Under the pieces are notes generated by a model, which worked only from the letters and a program-made list of their open reading frames with translations, made no database searches and had not been told where the DNA came from. The position numbers and the translations under genes were made by a program. A stretch of 62,842 bases of DNA, filler included, from Sphacelaria rigidula (Eukaryota), in NCBI GenBank assembly GCA_964200075.2. It is 8 parts of 8 records of this genome, joined end to end, with 100 filler letters (N's around TTAATTAATTAA, not from the genome) between each part and the next. Parts side by side here need not be neighbours in the genome. Positions count along the whole stretch, not along the records: positions 1 to 7,769 come from CAXNAA020013511.1; positions 7,870 to 15,638 come from CAXNAA020013512.1; 6 more parts are not named here. One strand, written 5' to 3'. Of this stretch, positions 1 through 11,612 are shown piece by piece. Position 1 is the stretch's first letter; each line of letters opens with the position of its first letter.

Positions 1-64
1 GGTGGGTGCGCGAGCCGCGGGCCAGCGCGGGACCGCGTCGGGTGGCGGAGGGAGGGGAGGGAGT

Positions 65-107
<43 letters not shown>

Positions 108-556
108 GAACCATTATTTGCACCCCAAACGGCGTGTGAATCTTGATACAGAATCACGCTCGGCTGTGACCATTGCTGACAGCCTTGTCGGTCAAGGGCG
201 GGCTGGCCGTATGCAATTGCGCTCGTGTGAAACTGTTGGCATGTTGTGTAATTCCTTTCCTTACTACACTGTTATCAAAAATCAATATCACGAGTGAACA
301 TCACCCGTCCCGACCGGCAGACAACAGCCACAGTGCACCCCCAGCAATCACTGGATCTTCAACACCAGGAGCATGACACACTGCTGATACATACTCAAGG
401 GTTAGGGTTGTTATCGTTACGATCAAGGGTTAGGGTGGAAATTCGAGTTAGGGTTGGGCTGGGGGAACGATGGGATGTTGAAACATACCTGCGACACAGC
501 GAAACAGATATCTACCGTGCTGCTAGCTTGTGTTTGTTGAGATCGCCCTCTCTTAC

Positions 557-682
557 CGTGGCGATGACGGGGTTGGGCTCTGGCAGCCGAAGCTCCGGGT
601 GTCGACCGCACGTCTTCCAAGACTCAAGCACCTCCGTCGGCAGGATTTCGCAGGAGTACTCGGTGCCGTACCATGGCTCAAC
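557..682 (-). CDS. IDE: Insulin-degrading enzyme internal exon (gene continues beyond contig start)
   Basis: TTTCACAG|GTT acceptor and ACG|GTAAGA donor. 126 nt encoding VEPWYGTEYSCEILPTEVLESWKTCGRHPELRLPEPNPVIAT (IDE E.WYGT.Y...LP..N.FI.T motif). Confidence 0.93.
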
Positions 683-687
683 CTGTG

Positions 688-856
688 AAAGGGTCGGACA
701 AATAATAATCGTCTGAAAATGACTTGGTTTTAGTATGATGAGTCGACTCGTGACGNNNNNNNNNNCAGCGATCAACTTTTTCTCCCTTTTGGGCGATCAG
801 GCCGAGGAAATCGTGAATTTAGTGATTTTGAGTCGTGATGATCTGTCCTAACCGTG
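688..856. mobile_element. MITE family H (hAT-like, 8-bp TSD), copy with an internal assembly gap
   Basis: Termini AAAGGGTCGGACA...TCCTAACCGTG. Perfect TSD AACCTGTG at 680-687 and 857-864. Homologous to 36180-36437 and 40183-40440. Confidence 0.8.
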
Positions 857-1052
857 AACCTGTGCATGAGAAAACAAAACAAAACACGAACTATCACGTA
901 TCGAAACCTTTTTTTTCAAAACGTAATACACACGTCAAACATACAGTCGAAGCAAAAGCGAGGGAACAAACAAACAAACAAACACAAGCAAATATACGAG
1001 AAAAATAAAGTATTAAATTAGTATAGTCAGGGTATTTGTTATTGGTACAAAT

Positions 1053-1179
1053 GGGGGGAGGGGGGCGTACTCGTTTGTTGCTTGCCTCAGTCGGTCGACC
1101 ATTGACCACGCACCACCTTCGAGACGGAGCACCGTTCCTACTCTTCATGAGACACACCTCCAACATTTCGCATTTTGCG
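1053..1179 (-). mobile_element. 5'-truncated LINE 3' end (family A)
   Basis: Reverse complement matches the LINE end at 3700-3800 and 62705-62810 (GAPSR..CVVNG..T.ASNK). Flanked by duplicated TTGGTACAAA (1042-1051, 1180-1189), each followed by a G-rich tract. Confidence 0.85.
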
Positions 1180-1204
1180 TTGGTACAAAGGAGGAGGCTT
1201 GTAG

Positions 1205-1320
1205 CAAGCGCGTCCGTCCCGGCTTTGTAGAGATGCGCGATCAACGGTCACATGACTATGGCATGCAAGATCATGAGTACATCCCCGCCCCCCCCCCGCT
1301 CCCGCCCCCGCCCGCCCCAC
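1205..1320 (+). mobile_element. Short retroelement 3' end (family B, related to the family A terminus)
   Basis: CGTCCCGGCTTTGTAGAGATGCG...GCATGCAAGATCATGAGTACAT followed by a C-tract. Seven copies in the window. Confidence 0.75.
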
Positions 1321-1486
1321 GCGCCCATTGTCATCACACCCGAATGCACGCACATATTGAATGAAGCCTTGCCCTCGACCTCCGGGCCGACCGAACCCAT
1401 ATCATCAAAACAACAACGCAGCATAACACTCGGATACGCACGCACTACTGTACAGTCACTCGCAGGCCTCCCCGTCCCCCGCCGTC

Positions 1487-1607
1487 CGCCCGCCGCGCCT
1501 GGTCCGGCGAGGACCCGGCGCGCTCCGTCCCGGCTTTGTAGGGATGCGACGTCAACGGTATCATGACTGCCGCATGCAAGATCATGAGCACACTCTCCCC
1601 CGCCGTC
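1487..1607 (+). mobile_element. Family B short retroelement copy
   Basis: Same consensus. 12-bp direct repeat TCCCCCGCCGTC at 1475-1486 and 1596-1607. Confidence 0.8.
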
Positions 1608-1874
1608 TACTTACAGTATAGTATGGTCGGTACGAGAGCAGTGGCACGAACCCAGGTCATGATCCAAATCACAGTCTGCGTTGTGGAGGAGGGGAAGGAA
1701 TGGTGATGGTGATGGTAGAGTTTGCACGAAAGAGTAGGGCGTAAATTTTGTAGAAACGTAAAAACGTTAAAGCGCCGTGCACTGAAAAACTGGCCCATCT
1801 CTCCATGTAACCCCCCTCCCTCCCTACGACCACCCACCCGCCGTCAAAAACCATACACCATAACACAGTCATAC

Positions 1875-2126
1875 CTTGTCGGTCTTGCCCTTGAACTCTC
1901 GCCCAACGGCCAGCACCAGCATATTGTCGGGGACGAGGTACTCCAGGAGCTCTCGCACGAGATCAGGGTCGTAGTCATACAGTACGGACGCGCCCGCCAC
2001 CGACAGGTCGGGGGGATAGATCTGCATGTAGCCCGCCAGTCGGGACACGTAGCCCATAGGGTTGCCCTTGCTCGCGAAGCGGAAATTCATGTCTGCAATC
2101 GCTTTCGTCTCCTTGTGGATCCATTC
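1875..2126 (-). CDS. IDE: Insulin-degrading enzyme internal exon
   Basis: AAAG|GAA acceptor and AAG|GTATGA donor. 252 nt encoding EWIHKETKAIADMNFRFASKGNPMGYVSRLAGYMQIYPP...FKGKTDK (IDE middle domain). Confidence 0.93.
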
Positions 2127-2429
2127 CTTTTGGTTGTTATATGTTTTTTTCGCAGAGGTGGCGGCGGCGGCGGGGGGGAGGGGGGGGGGTATGACCATGT
2201 GTGTTGAGTTGGTCGGTCGATTTTGATCATTTTTCAACCTACACGGTGGGATGGGTTTGGTTGTATCTGTTACGTTTGTGTCATACTCCAAAGTATGCAT
2301 GTGCATGTTCATGCGCATGTACAGCTATCTTCTTCGTTCAACCTTCGAGCGCCTCGCATGTGGGCATCTATCTCAAACAAGTCAATTTTATCGTTTTTCA
2401 AGTAAGCATAATGCCACGCATCCCTTTCT

Positions 2430-3812
2430 AGACGGACGAGTCACGGAGGGGTAAAATATGGTATCGGGGTTTATGTTGCCGGATGATTTCGTGGGGATAT
2501 CAGAAACACCAGAAGCATTGCAGAAACAAATAGACAAGACGCTGGAGTACACTAGGAAAGGAAGAGTGACCGCTGTATGTAACAAAGCTGCGGAGAACCC
2601 GGTAGAGTTCAAATGAAAATGGGGCAAAGAGGACTTGCCAATTGCAAACCAGTACACATACCTTGACGTGAAAATATAATTAAAAACAACTGCTCTTCAG
2701 TTGCACACATGAATGAAGCAATAGGAAAGGGAAATACACACATAGGCAGGATGGACGTGATCCTCAGAGACTCGCACCCAGAAACTAAGATCAAGACATG
2801 TATCCTGATAAACGTGACTGTACCACAGCTAGAATATGCAGGACAAGTATGGGAAGGGAACGCGAAGTTGGTGAAGAAACTAGAAACGGTACAGATGATA
2901 GCAGCTAAGAAAATACTTGGATGCTCAAAAACGACGAGCAATGCAGTATTGGGAGCAGAATTGAGAGTGCAACCACTTGAGACAGAAAAGACACGAGAAA
3001 AAACAAATGGCAAGAAATATACTTCGTATATATATATATATATATATATACAAGGTATAAGACGTGAGGAACATGCCAAGGACGAGATAGTCAGCCATGG
3101 TGGACGGGGCTGTATGGAAGAGATATGAAAAGACATCGGCCGAAACTACGACGTGGTGATATCCATGGTGAACGTGGCTTATACCAAGACAAACGCAATA
3201 TACGTGATAGGAATAACGGAAAAACAAACACCAAGACGGGAAGTAGACGAGGAAGAGCACCCGAAGATATACGGGAGGGCGACAGAGGGGATAGAGATGA
3301 AAACATATCTGCACTGCCCACTGGACTACTGTACGCGAAAAGTTTCGGGTGGGAGACCTGGACCCGCCAGAAATAATAAAAAGGTACACCACTATTATAG
3401 TCGGGTGGTGGAGGAGGGAGTGGATGCACAGAAATTGCCCCTGTGTGTGGCAAAGCAATAGAGAGTAGAACACGCATAGTGGCACAATGTGATCTGTACA
3501 AGAAGAAACGGCGCGTGTCAGAGGGGAGAATGTGAGAAGTAAAACGGAGGTGGCATGAGCTCGTTTCGTACACTAGATACTAGCGAAAATGATCGCTATA
3601 CCGTACTGATAGTGGCCATAGACGGCGAAACAGGTAGGGGAAAAGATGTGTCCAAGATTCTTGTGTAATGCATGAAAAAAGCGTAATGAACGCCCACATG
3701 TCGGAGGTGTCTCTATTAGGAGTAGGAACGATGCTCCGTCTCGAAAGGGATACCTGGTCAATGGTCAAATGACTAGGGCAAGCAACAACTGCGTACCCCC
3801 CTCCTCCCCCCT
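2430..3812 (+). mobile_element. Degenerate 5'-truncated non-LTR retrotransposon (family A): RT C-terminus and CCHC knuckle, inside an IDE intron
   Basis: Decayed (FA)DDFVG at about 2475-2495, thumb region IKTCILINVTVPQLEYAGQVWEG, and a frameshifted CP.CGKAIESRT.IVAQC knuckle near 3437-3490. Colinear with 62050-62842. Ends in a C-tract. Confidence 0.9.
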
Positions 3813-3993
3813 CTTTTTTAAAAAATGTACGGTGGTCATTATTATTAAGTCCTCTCTGTCTCTCCCTGTCTCTCTCTGTGTATATATATATATGTATGTA
3901 TCTTGACTTTCAGACTATCTTGTTTTCGTTCTGGTCGTTCTTGGGACTCTTGATTGGTCATTGCTATTGGATTGGAATTTTTGTCGTGCGCAC

Positions 3994-4062
3994 CTGTATC
4001 CCCTCCTCCCTGATCATGTTAAGGTACTGGTAGGTCATGCCCACGATCTCGTCGACGTGTTC
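3994..4062 (-). CDS. IDE: Insulin-degrading enzyme internal exon
   Basis: GTACAG|GAA acceptor and CAG|GTGCGC donor. 69 nt encoding EHVDEIVGMTYQYLNMIREEGIQ (IDE [22 protein letters not shown]-like). Confidence 0.92.
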
Positions 4063-5264
4063 CTGTACAGCAGCAGCAGCAGCAAATACATAGCGCAAAA
4101 CAGCAACGACAATGAGATCCATGGATGATGACAACAAGGGCAACAACACTGGATAATAACAACGTCAACAACGATGACACCAAAGAGGCATGTCTGCACT
4201 ACTACTGTAGATCAATCATGCTTGACTTCGATTTTATGTCATTGCCGAAGTACACATCGAGGCGCCTTGCAGGATCCGCTTCGGTGTGTTTCACTTGTAA
4301 AATTACTTTCAAGTCCCCCGCCCGACCCCTCATGTCCTTCACCCCCCCATCTCTCTTCCTCAGGACTGTCCGTAGCCTCCGAGGGGATCATCGCGTCACC
4401 TCCTCTCCCGGTGCACGCGTTACATTTGGATATCGAGGATTGGATCAGCATTCCCACACTCCGTCAACGATTGATTCATTTTGTTGTCGTGCGTGCCACC
4501 ACCGTAAAGCGTACTTCGAGACTCTGGTACCGTAGTCACTGTCGAAGTTTGTGCGCGCAGGGGGTCTACGTCCGAGGTTCGTCTTCAGCTGCGGTCAGCG
4601 TGAAAAAAGACATTGCTCCGCACTCGTATCATTGTGAAGTTGATTTTTCGATGATACTGGGGGGGGGGTTCGTTCACATGTTTGCTCATAAACAGAGCAA
4701 ACTCAACACGGAGTGTTAATTGATAATCTCAGACACGATATGTATTTTCTTGAAATAATAATATTGGTAATATATAATATATGTGATAATCATACCAGGT
4801 ACCCCCATGTTTCACTGTACATACATACGTACACCTTATTTGCGCCCGCAAGACACGTGTGATGCCAACCTGGGACGTGGTCCAACACGATTGGTTCGAG
4901 GCCAACTGACGTGTACGCAGTCAGTGAGTTCTGTCGGCTGGGGTCGGGTTGCCCAGTTCACGAGACGTCTCGCCAACTCAGTCCGCGATCCAAATGATGC
5001 ACAGTGAAGCTCGACGCCTTGTCTCTTACAAAAGTCATCCGACCCGCATTTAAACCTTCGTGTAGAATATGCCCAGACCCGCGGGCTAGATATTTTTCAT
5101 GTGTCCCTCTATTTTTGAGAAATCGTTCCTCAGAGATCGCAGATTTGGTGATTTTTGTTCAAACCAGCGATGATTCATCCGACCCTTGAAGCAAAAAAAA
5201 AAATGGTACGATTCGAGTCGGTCGATACTGTACTACGCGGCGACGAGAAGAGGAGACCACTCAC

Positions 5265-5421
5265 GATTCCGCTCTCGGTGCACTCCACCGAAACGACAAA
5301 ATTAGACCAGTCTGTCGCGCTCTCGTAGGGCCCCGCGCTGAGCCCGTTGGCCCAGCCCTTCCGCTTCAGCAGCGACAGCAAAGATCCCGACCCCTCGTGC
5401 CCCACCAGGTGGCTCAAGTAT
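5265..5421 (-). CDS. IDE: Insulin-degrading enzyme internal exon
   Basis: GACAG|A acceptor and ATC|GTGAGT donor. Encodes YLSHLVGHEGSGSLLSLLKRKGWANGLSAGPYESATDWSNFVVSVECTESGI, containing the hallmark HLIGHEG.GSLLS.LK.KGW motif. Confidence 0.95.
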
Positions 5422-5493
5422 CTGTCGTATTGGGGAAGGGGGGGTATGTGTGTGTGTGTGTGAAGAAGAGCATTATGTAAGAAGAACATTGAT

Positions 5494-5602
5494 GGGAGGG
5501 AGGGGGGTGTACTCATGATCTTGCATGCCGTAGTCATAAAGACCGTTGACGTCGCATCCCTACAAAGCCAGGAAGGAGCACGCCGGATTTTCATCGGACC
5601 AG
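5494..5602 (-). mobile_element. Family B short retroelement copy
   Basis: Reverse complement of the family B consensus, with the G-run at 5494-5508. Confidence 0.75.
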
Positions 5603-6433
5603 AATGACATCCCTATGGATGAGTTACTTCATTTTCAGTTATCGCCACTTCAAGAGACAGCCGCGGGTTGCACACTGTCCCATGGATGCCTCGCAATTTT
5701 GACGCTCGTAGCGCGCGCTACCGTCGTGAGCTGCAGACGGGAATGCTATACTGCCGACAAAACAAGTGCAGTGTAGAGTTCTACCCACCCGTCCATTGGG
5801 GGCTATCAGCTTCCAAGTCCGGAACTTTACACAACTTTTCATCATCAGCGCCTGGTGTGACGTGTGATGAGCAAGCAGGTCGTGGGCGGCGGCAACTAGG
5901 TGTGTGTATGTGCATTCGATTTGTGCGCGCCTACAGCAGGATGGGGCTTCTCAAGTACAGTGAAAGAGTCCCGATACAGCGGAGATGTACCGCCATTGTA
6001 TTCCCGACAGAGCGGAAACATGCCGCTCTTTCTGATAACTGTCCCGCTATTCCCGACATAGCGGAAACATACGGCTCTATCGCAGTTTAGTGGTGCCAAG
6101 CGACTTCGGCATCGCTATTCAGGGCATTTCGCGCTTCAGGATGTCGCTATACCGGGCCCCTCACTGCATCCATCGTGAGCCCGTCGGCGGTGGCTAATTG
6201 ATTTCTGGACGTGCTTTGGAGTTTCGGGTATTTTCTTCGTTTCTTACAGTCGCAAACATTATACTCCCGTTTGATCGTCCGAAGGTGGGTGGGCCCCGTG
6301 TCTGACACTCCTTCCTTCAAATGAAAATGATGTCGATTCAACGTATCGACACACCGGATGCTCCAACGTTTGGGATACCCTCACCTGTTTCTTTTTTATC
6401 TTTCATCCCTGCCCTCCCCCCCCCCCCTCCCCG

Positions 6434-6514
6434 CTGCTCCGTCTCGAAAGGAATACGTGGTCAATGGTCAAATGGCAAACGCAAACTATAGATGAGTACG
6501 CCCCGCCCCGCCCC
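6434..6514 (+). mobile_element. Family A LINE 3'-end fragment embedded in a C-tract
   Basis: GCTCCGTCTCGAAAGGAATACGTGGTCAATGGTCAAA...ATGAGTACG, with C-runs on both sides. Confidence 0.75.
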
Positions 6515-6940
6515 TCATGGTGAAACATCCATGACACGGTGTGTAATCCGTGGCTGTCTCTGAAAGTGGCGATACCAGAACATGAAGCAACTCATCGGAG
6601 GCCATCATCATCCATCCATATGCAAGATGACCAGTACGTTTCGGGCTCAACAATCTTAACAGGACGCAGCTCACCCGTCATACGACTTGCCGACCACATC
6701 ACGGCGCTTCGCACTTGGTGGTTTGAGTGCGAGCCTAGTCCGGCGAAAACCAGCACGTGCAGAATGCTTGAATTGATGTTTTTGGAAAAACAACAAGACA
6801 CAAAAAGAAAAAAAAGCACAAAGAGGAAAACGATTTTCATCAACCATCTTTCAACCCTTTTATTTTTATTTTTCCGTCCCCCCCCCCTCTCCCCCGAGTA
6901 CCGCAGGCAGGAGAGTAGGCGACACATTATGTCATCTCAC

Positions 6941-7044
6941 CCGTCAGGCTTGGACCGGTAGTGCTTGTCGATAGGAGGCAAGGGCCACGACAGCATGATC
7001 TCCCTCAGCTCCTTCACGGGCACAACGTTTAATCTTCGCCGCGT
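6941..7044 (-). CDS. IDE: Insulin-degrading enzyme (insulysin, peptidase M16A), internal exon; first visible exon of join(7044-6941,5421-5265,4062-3994,2126-1875,682-557)
   Basis: AAAACAG acceptor and GG|GTGAGA donor. Translates TRRRLNVVPVKELREIMLSWPLPPIDKHYRSKPD(G), matching the IDE segment [27 protein letters not shown]. The phase-2 end joins the next exon. This frame is absent from the ORF track. The N-terminal HXXEH exons are not in this contig. Confidence 0.92.
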
Positions 7045-7441
7045 CTGTTTTACAAGTAGAAAACATAGTACGGGTTACGCAAAAGAAAACAAAAAAAAAT
7101 TGAAACGTGAGATATATGAGTTGCGTTATCATTTTTTTCTCATAGCGCTTTGCCGTGTATAGGCTAGACACGCCCTGTCTGTTGTGTTTCCATAACGATG
7201 ATACTTGACCAGAACCCGAGGGAAATCAAAGTTCCTGGCTTTCCCTCCTCGTTGCCATCGGCTCTTCCTTTTTTTGTTGTTCTTGTCTTTTTTGTATCTT
7301 CCTATCTGAAGTTGTTCAGTCTCCGATGCGCAGGCTCTGTAGAGGGTCTCTTTGAACAGCACCCTAGACAGTAGTAGATCTATTTTGGGAGTGGTCTCTG
7401 TTCTACGCAACCTTTTCGGTTATCCGCTTACTCGCTGTTAC

Positions 7442-7769
7442 TGTGTGTGTTGTCGTCCCATCTATTCTGGGCGCCGGCCTACACCTTTCGGTATATGCGG
7501 GCGCACCAGCCGGGGTCACACGGGAGAAAGGTCGACACAGGAGATTTTTCTTTTTTGTTTGTTTTTAGTACCCCACCTTCCTTCTGCGGTGCTTCCCTTT
7601 TATTTTTAATGCGAGAGGGGTCTAGCAATCCCCTTCCCTCGTCGACCGTTAAGTTGAATTTTGTGTACCCACGACATAGTCGCTCTCCACTGTTGGGCAT
7701 TGTGTCAGGAAAAATCCCAGATCGCTCCTAGATTCCAACCCACGACACAACCGTCAGAAGCTTTTGAGG
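7442..7769 (-). mobile_element. tRNA-derived SINE (head truncated by contig end)
   Basis: Colinear with 16579-17219 and 46551-46882. Short (CA)n tail on the minus strand. Confidence 0.8.
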
Positions 7770-7869
7770 NNNNNNNNNNNNNNNNNNNNNNNNNNNNNNN
7801 NNNNNNNNNNNNNTTAATTAATTAANNNNNNNNNNNNNNNNNNNNNNNNNNNNNNNNNNNNNNNNNNNN
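7770..7869. other. Artificial 100-nt contig spacer (also 15639-15738, 23508-23607, 31376-31475, 39244-39343, 47111-47210, 54977-55076)
   Basis: N44 + TTAATTAATTAA (stops in all six frames) + N44, recurring about every 7.87 kb. Confidence 0.99.
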
Positions 7870-8556
7870 GCCGAAAAGACCCTCCCCACGCCGTACCGAC
7901 AAGACCGGTCATGGCCTTCGTCGTAGGACAGGGAACGGAGGCTTATAGAATCGGATGACGGCGGAAATAGCACACCTTCGTGCGGGCACTCGATTTCCTC
8001 TACTACCGATGGAGCATGACGACCGGCAAACTGCGGGGAAGTGACCGAAAAAGTGAGGCCAGTAGTTACTGACTGATTTCGAAGAGGCTAAGCCATTGTG
8101 TAAGTTTCGCTCTTTCCCCGATGAGCGTGTCGGATATCGCCCTCCCTCACAGAACACGGGCCTTACCGTAACTCCTCAATCGGGACACCTGGCCAAATAG
8201 ACCTCCGAAGTGAATCTTGGAAAACTGTGGAAAACAAGCATCTCGCCTGAATATCCGCACAATTGGGGTTGGAGCGTGTGAGAACCACGAAATACGTGAC
8301 ATGCTGTGATTGGCGGGTGTTTGCATAAAATCCGAAAAGTGACATCACGCCCCAGGGGTTGATCCAAAAACGGCAAAGTGTGGAGTTAATATTGTATTTT
8401 AGTGTGCAAATGCTCATCTAGTGGGGACGTCAACACGTCTGCTGTCAACGGTTGCAACGTGGGTTGATAATTTGGTGGCTTGTGATGGTGCCGTTGATGT
8501 CGCCACTGTTTCTTGACCCCGTTGGATCGTACAAGGGAGGCAGCGAGGCAATGTTA

Positions 8557-11500
8557 CACACCCTGAACAACGCAATATATTTCCAATATAAATTTGTCGA
8601 TCATATTGGAATATTGCGATATATTGTCGGCGTAATATGTATTGTTATACTTGGACTGCACACGTATTGCGCGCCCAATATACATTGGTGTCGTGGGACT
8701 GCAAATATATTGCCTGCCCAATATATGTTGGCACCTTGGAATTGCGCACAATTTGTCGCATCAACATATAGTATATATATATATATATAGAACATTTCGA
8801 ACTCACGAGTGTCAAGCATACTTTGTAAGGAGGCGTCCAAGAGATTGAATGCTGATTTTAGTGTACAAGTTCCTCCGCACCCGCCCCTGGAGATGACTGT
8901 TCGGGCCAATGCCAATGCTAGGGGCCCGATTAGCGGATTCGTGCTTTACTTTGTGCGGGGGTCCACATGCGTTCGCGACCGCTCGAACGGACGTGCGATC
9001 GCGGTGGTCCTGCAATGTTTCCGACGGGCATGAACATTTTGAGAGATAATCTATTCTCACGAGGGCTTGGCAAGGCAAGAATACCGAGACCCTCGAAAAA
9101 GACGGACGGGACCGGGGCGCAGCCCCAGGTCCCGTGCGGCTTGAATATATATATATATATATATTATATATGTGGGCAGTGTGGGCAAAGACAAATTGCA
9201 CGACGAATATATATTAGGGTCGCATTGGTGATAACATATTGGCCGATCGATATATGTTGGGGCCGCGTGGGTGCCAATATGTTGGCCGGTCACGGTATCA
9301 GTACTTGTATATATATTGGGGTACGGTAGCGTGTGTTGAAGCATATCATTCACCCAGTACACATTGTGTGGGCACATCGACGTCGAGTATATGTTTTACC
9401 GAACGCTAATATTCAAGTACTATACTCTGCCGCGTCCTGAAAGTCATGCCGTCTAACGAATCTCTTATTCAGTGTGATGCAAGAGGTAAATATTTGAAGA
9501 TTTTATTGGCGAGGATGTTTACACGAGAGCCATATTGAATCATTCCGAGGGAAAAAAATATAGGGGAGAATGTTCCGTCGCCCCTTCGCGATATTTCGGA
9601 GTAATTTTTCGAGTGAAAGTGATCAGATTCATTAGTTACATGACTCTTTGGCCATGAGGTCACGTTTACTGACGAATCGGCATCACTTTTATTAATGAAA
9701 AATATTCCGTGCCTCAATGGCAGCAAACAAACCACGAACGTTGGAAGTATTTCAGAGTCGAAGTTCCGGTATTTTGTACTGTAAGTTACTCTCAAATATA
9801 CCTGGAGCCTCGGGTTTGAGACACCCTTGTTGTGCACAAGCAAGTCAGCTCTCAGGATATGTGCTATTTTGTGGCTGTCAGCTGTTGTTGTTTGTTGTTG
9901 TGTCCTTGTTGTCTTCACGTTAAAAACCCTTCCGATATCTGCGCATTACTACCAAGCTAGGGTAAAAATTAAAATATAATATAAAATCGAACCCAGAAAC
10001 AATTCACAAAGACGCGATACGAAAGAAATGAAAAACAGATAAAACGAAGATACTAGAAAAGAAGAAAGGAAGGGAGAAAAAAACTGCCCACGCCAAAACA
10101 TACATCTGTGGTTCTCTGCCCCCTACAGATCACCCACCAACCCCCCTCCCTCTACCGCATAACGAAAGACAAGACAACCGTTTGCGTTGAAAAATGAGTC
10201 AAAAACAGTAGAAAATGAATGTATTTGTGAGTTAAGCTGGTCGGCCGACCGCTAGTGGCGAGTATGGTGGTGGTTCGACAAGGTCACACGATTGGGGCAA
10301 CTGTGGGATCTCGCAGGGGTCGAGGGACAATGACTGCCGCCTTGCTGCGTCAACCGGTTGGGGCAACCCGTGTGCCGGAGGCCGTCGAGACGGCAATCAC
10401 CAACATCGCGGTCCTGCAGGGACATTGGCTCTGCAAGATCCCACCAACCTCGAAGGCCATGCGATATCATAATTATGGTGTACGCTTTCAAAAGATCCAG
10501 ACGCGATGAATGCCGGAGCCCGTGCAGATTGGGAAGAGTTCAGAGGAAACCCCAATCTGCACGTGGTCTAAAAATATGGTGACAGGGCGACCCGGCATAT
10601 ATGCCTTCTGATACCTATCTAGCCGCCGGTGCGATGCCGCCCATCCCCTTCACAGTATGTAATCGTCCATCCCCCTCCCAGCGTGTAATTATCCACCCCC
10701 TCACTGTATGTTATGTATCTTGGCTAAACAGTACGATCGCGAAAAACGCGGGTAGATATGTGCCTTTTGGTACCCCTCTGGTCACCGGTGCTACGTTCCT
10801 TATACCCTGGACAATACAGTGTGTTCCAATGTGATACCGATACTCTGTATTGGCGATAGCGATGCGTAATATATTGTTGCCTTAATATATATAGGACAAT
10901 AACCATGCAAAAGTAAAGTTATTCCAGTATGTATTGCGCACGCTCATCGCATAGCTACTGTGCAGCCAATATATATTGGACACACTCACGGAGAAATGTG
11001 TTGATCGTCTTGGGCATCTCGTGATACATCTTTCAGTGGCGCCCGCGAACGTAGAACTGCCCACCTTACGAATTCCTATATACTTTCCAACATGCATATT
11101 GAATAATCAATATATATATATATTGCTGCATCAAAATGTATTGCGACGGTCGATTCCCTCGTGTATTGTTCGCCCAATATATATTGGACGCATTGACGGA
11201 CGATAAAGTGGGGCGGCAATATTTGTTGGCGCTTCGAATGTTGAGTATATTGAATCTTCAATATATAATGACCTCGTATGGCGGCCAATATATTTCTGGA
11301 CGAATATGTTTTGGCGCCTTACCGCACCAACATATTGCTCGACCACTAATAATGATATATATATTGAGGTGGCGCGTGTCGTGATACATTGTTCGGTCAA
11401 TATATATTGCATGTCGCGAGCCTTGGCATGTTGACGACACAACAATATAATATATATATATATATATTGGCATTCTCTCGTGCCGTGATATTGCTCGCCC

Positions 11501-11612
11501 AATATATATATATATATACATATAATACATATATATTGACTACCTGACGCGTCGACATATTGAGCGGGCAATATATATACCTCGTATTACATGTTCTACT
11601 GTCCAGGGTGTG
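8557..11612. mobile_element. About 3.06-kb non-autonomous TIR element with palindromic subterminal arrays
   Basis: Termini CACACCCTGAACA / TGTCCAGGGTGTG. Near-perfect 8-bp TSD CAATGTTA (8549-8556) versus CAATGCTA (11613-11620). Many CAATATATATTG-like palindromes at 8570-9330 and 10850-11580. The same terminus recurs at 10801 and 45826-45839. Confidence 0.7.

Noticed and set aside
65-105. 41-nt poly-G tract as a functional G-quadruplex element
   Set aside because: It is near a contig end, where homopolymer length is unreliable, and no family A/B terminus is attached.
398-463. Interstitial telomeric TTAGGG repeats
   Set aside because: Only about three scattered units in an intron, not a tandem tract.
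7814-7825. Regularly spaced TTAATTAATTAA palindromes (every about 7.87 kb) as a biological repeat array
   Set aside because: Always centred in N-runs; this is a six-frame-stop linker added when contigs were concatenated.
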